A DNA stretch of 64,000 bases from Planctomycetota bacterium (lineage in GTDB: Bacteria > Planctomycetota > UBA1135 > GCA-002686595): contig JAQWJQ010000201.1 of assembly GCA_029248265.1 (NCBI GenBank), forward strand, positions 601 through 64,600, given 5' to 3'. This document shows, piece after piece, positions 63,408-64,000 of the stretch (its first letter is position 1; every line of letters starts with the position of its first letter). The notes beneath the pieces were generated by a model. It worked only from the letters and a program-made list of their open reading frames with translations. It was not told where the DNA came from and did no database searches. The translations under genes were made by a program, and so were the position numbers.

Positions 63408-64000
63408 ATGTCCCTGCTCATTCTCGAAGACGTCAAGAAGCACTTCGGCGCCCAGGAGGTGCTGCGCGGTGCTTCCCTCACCATCGATCCCGGCCAGAAG
63501 ATCGGGATCGTCGGTCGCAACGGAGGCGGCAAGACCACCCTCTTTCGGATGATCGCCGGAGAGGAGACCCCCGACTGGGGGTCGGTCCGCGTGCGGAAGA
63601 AGGCGCGCCTGGGGGTCGTCCCCCAGCGGCCCAAGTTTGGAGAGGGCGAGACCGCCCGCGAGTACGTCGCGACGGGGCTGGACGAGCTCCACCGGACCAT
63701 CGCGCGCTACGAGAGCTGCGCCGACGAGATGGGCTCCGCTGAGGGAGACGACCTTGAGCGATTGATGAGCGAGCACGACCGCCTCGGCGGCCGCATCGAC
63801 CAGCTCGGCGGCTGGGACACGGAGCGCAAGGTGGAGACCGTCCTCGGCGGTATTGGTCTCCCTGAGACCCACTGGGACCGCGAGGCCAGCCTGCTCTCCG
63901 GCGGCGAGAAGAACCGCGTGGCCCTGGCCCGCGAGCTCATCGGCGGCCACGACCTGCTGCTGCTGGATGAGCCCACCAACCACCTCGACCTCGAGGGCAT
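63408..64000 (+). CDS. ABC-F family ATPase (partial, runs off the window)
   Basis: My translation from ATG 63408: MSLLILEDVKKHFG...IGIVGRNGGGKTTL...LSGGEKNRVALARELI..HDLLLLDEPTNHLDLEG. Confidence 0.92.
   Translation, partial: MSLLILEDVKKHFGAQEVLRGASLTIDPGQKIGIVGRNGGGKTTLFRMIAGEETPDWGSVRVRKKARLGVVPQRPKFGEGETAREYVATGLDELHRTIARYESCADEMGSAEGDDLERLMSEHDRLGGRIDQLGGWDTERKVETVLGGIGLPETHWDREASLLSGGEKNRVALARELIGGHDLLLLDEPTNHLDLEG

Overview
High-GC, gene-dense bacterial chromosome segment. The gene content (exported sulfatase, TPR plus CRTAC1/ASPIC-UnbV pair, HEAT-VWA protein, secreted proteins sharing a conserved C-terminal domain) suggests Planctomycetota; this is inference. In order, the window holds: (1) a minus-strand operon of at least 11 tandem exported amidohydrolase-superfamily paralogues (12 domains, about 16 kb, running off the left edge), of which only 4 keep the binuclear metal ligands; (2) rpiB-deoC carrying N-terminal extensions resembling microcompartment cargo signals; (3) a dynamin-like GTPase facing a membrane-inserted P-loop NTPase; (4) a nucleoside catabolism operon (deoB, deoA/pdp, nupC, PNP); (5) a sulfatase; (6) a TlpA-like redoxin that the ORF caller splits at an in-frame TGA and that reads as a UxxC selenoprotein with a SECIS-like hairpin; (7) envelope and glycosylation genes (GT2, UPF0104 flippase-like, TMTC-like GT-C), mutY and serA; (8) a complete argR-C-B-D-F-G-H-A-E operon with an ARG box; (9) secreted proteins, a Cys-less desulfurase-like enzyme and a partial ABC-F gene. 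I saw no rRNA, convincing tRNA, CRISPR array or mobile element. All assignments are by eye from motifs; no database searches were run.
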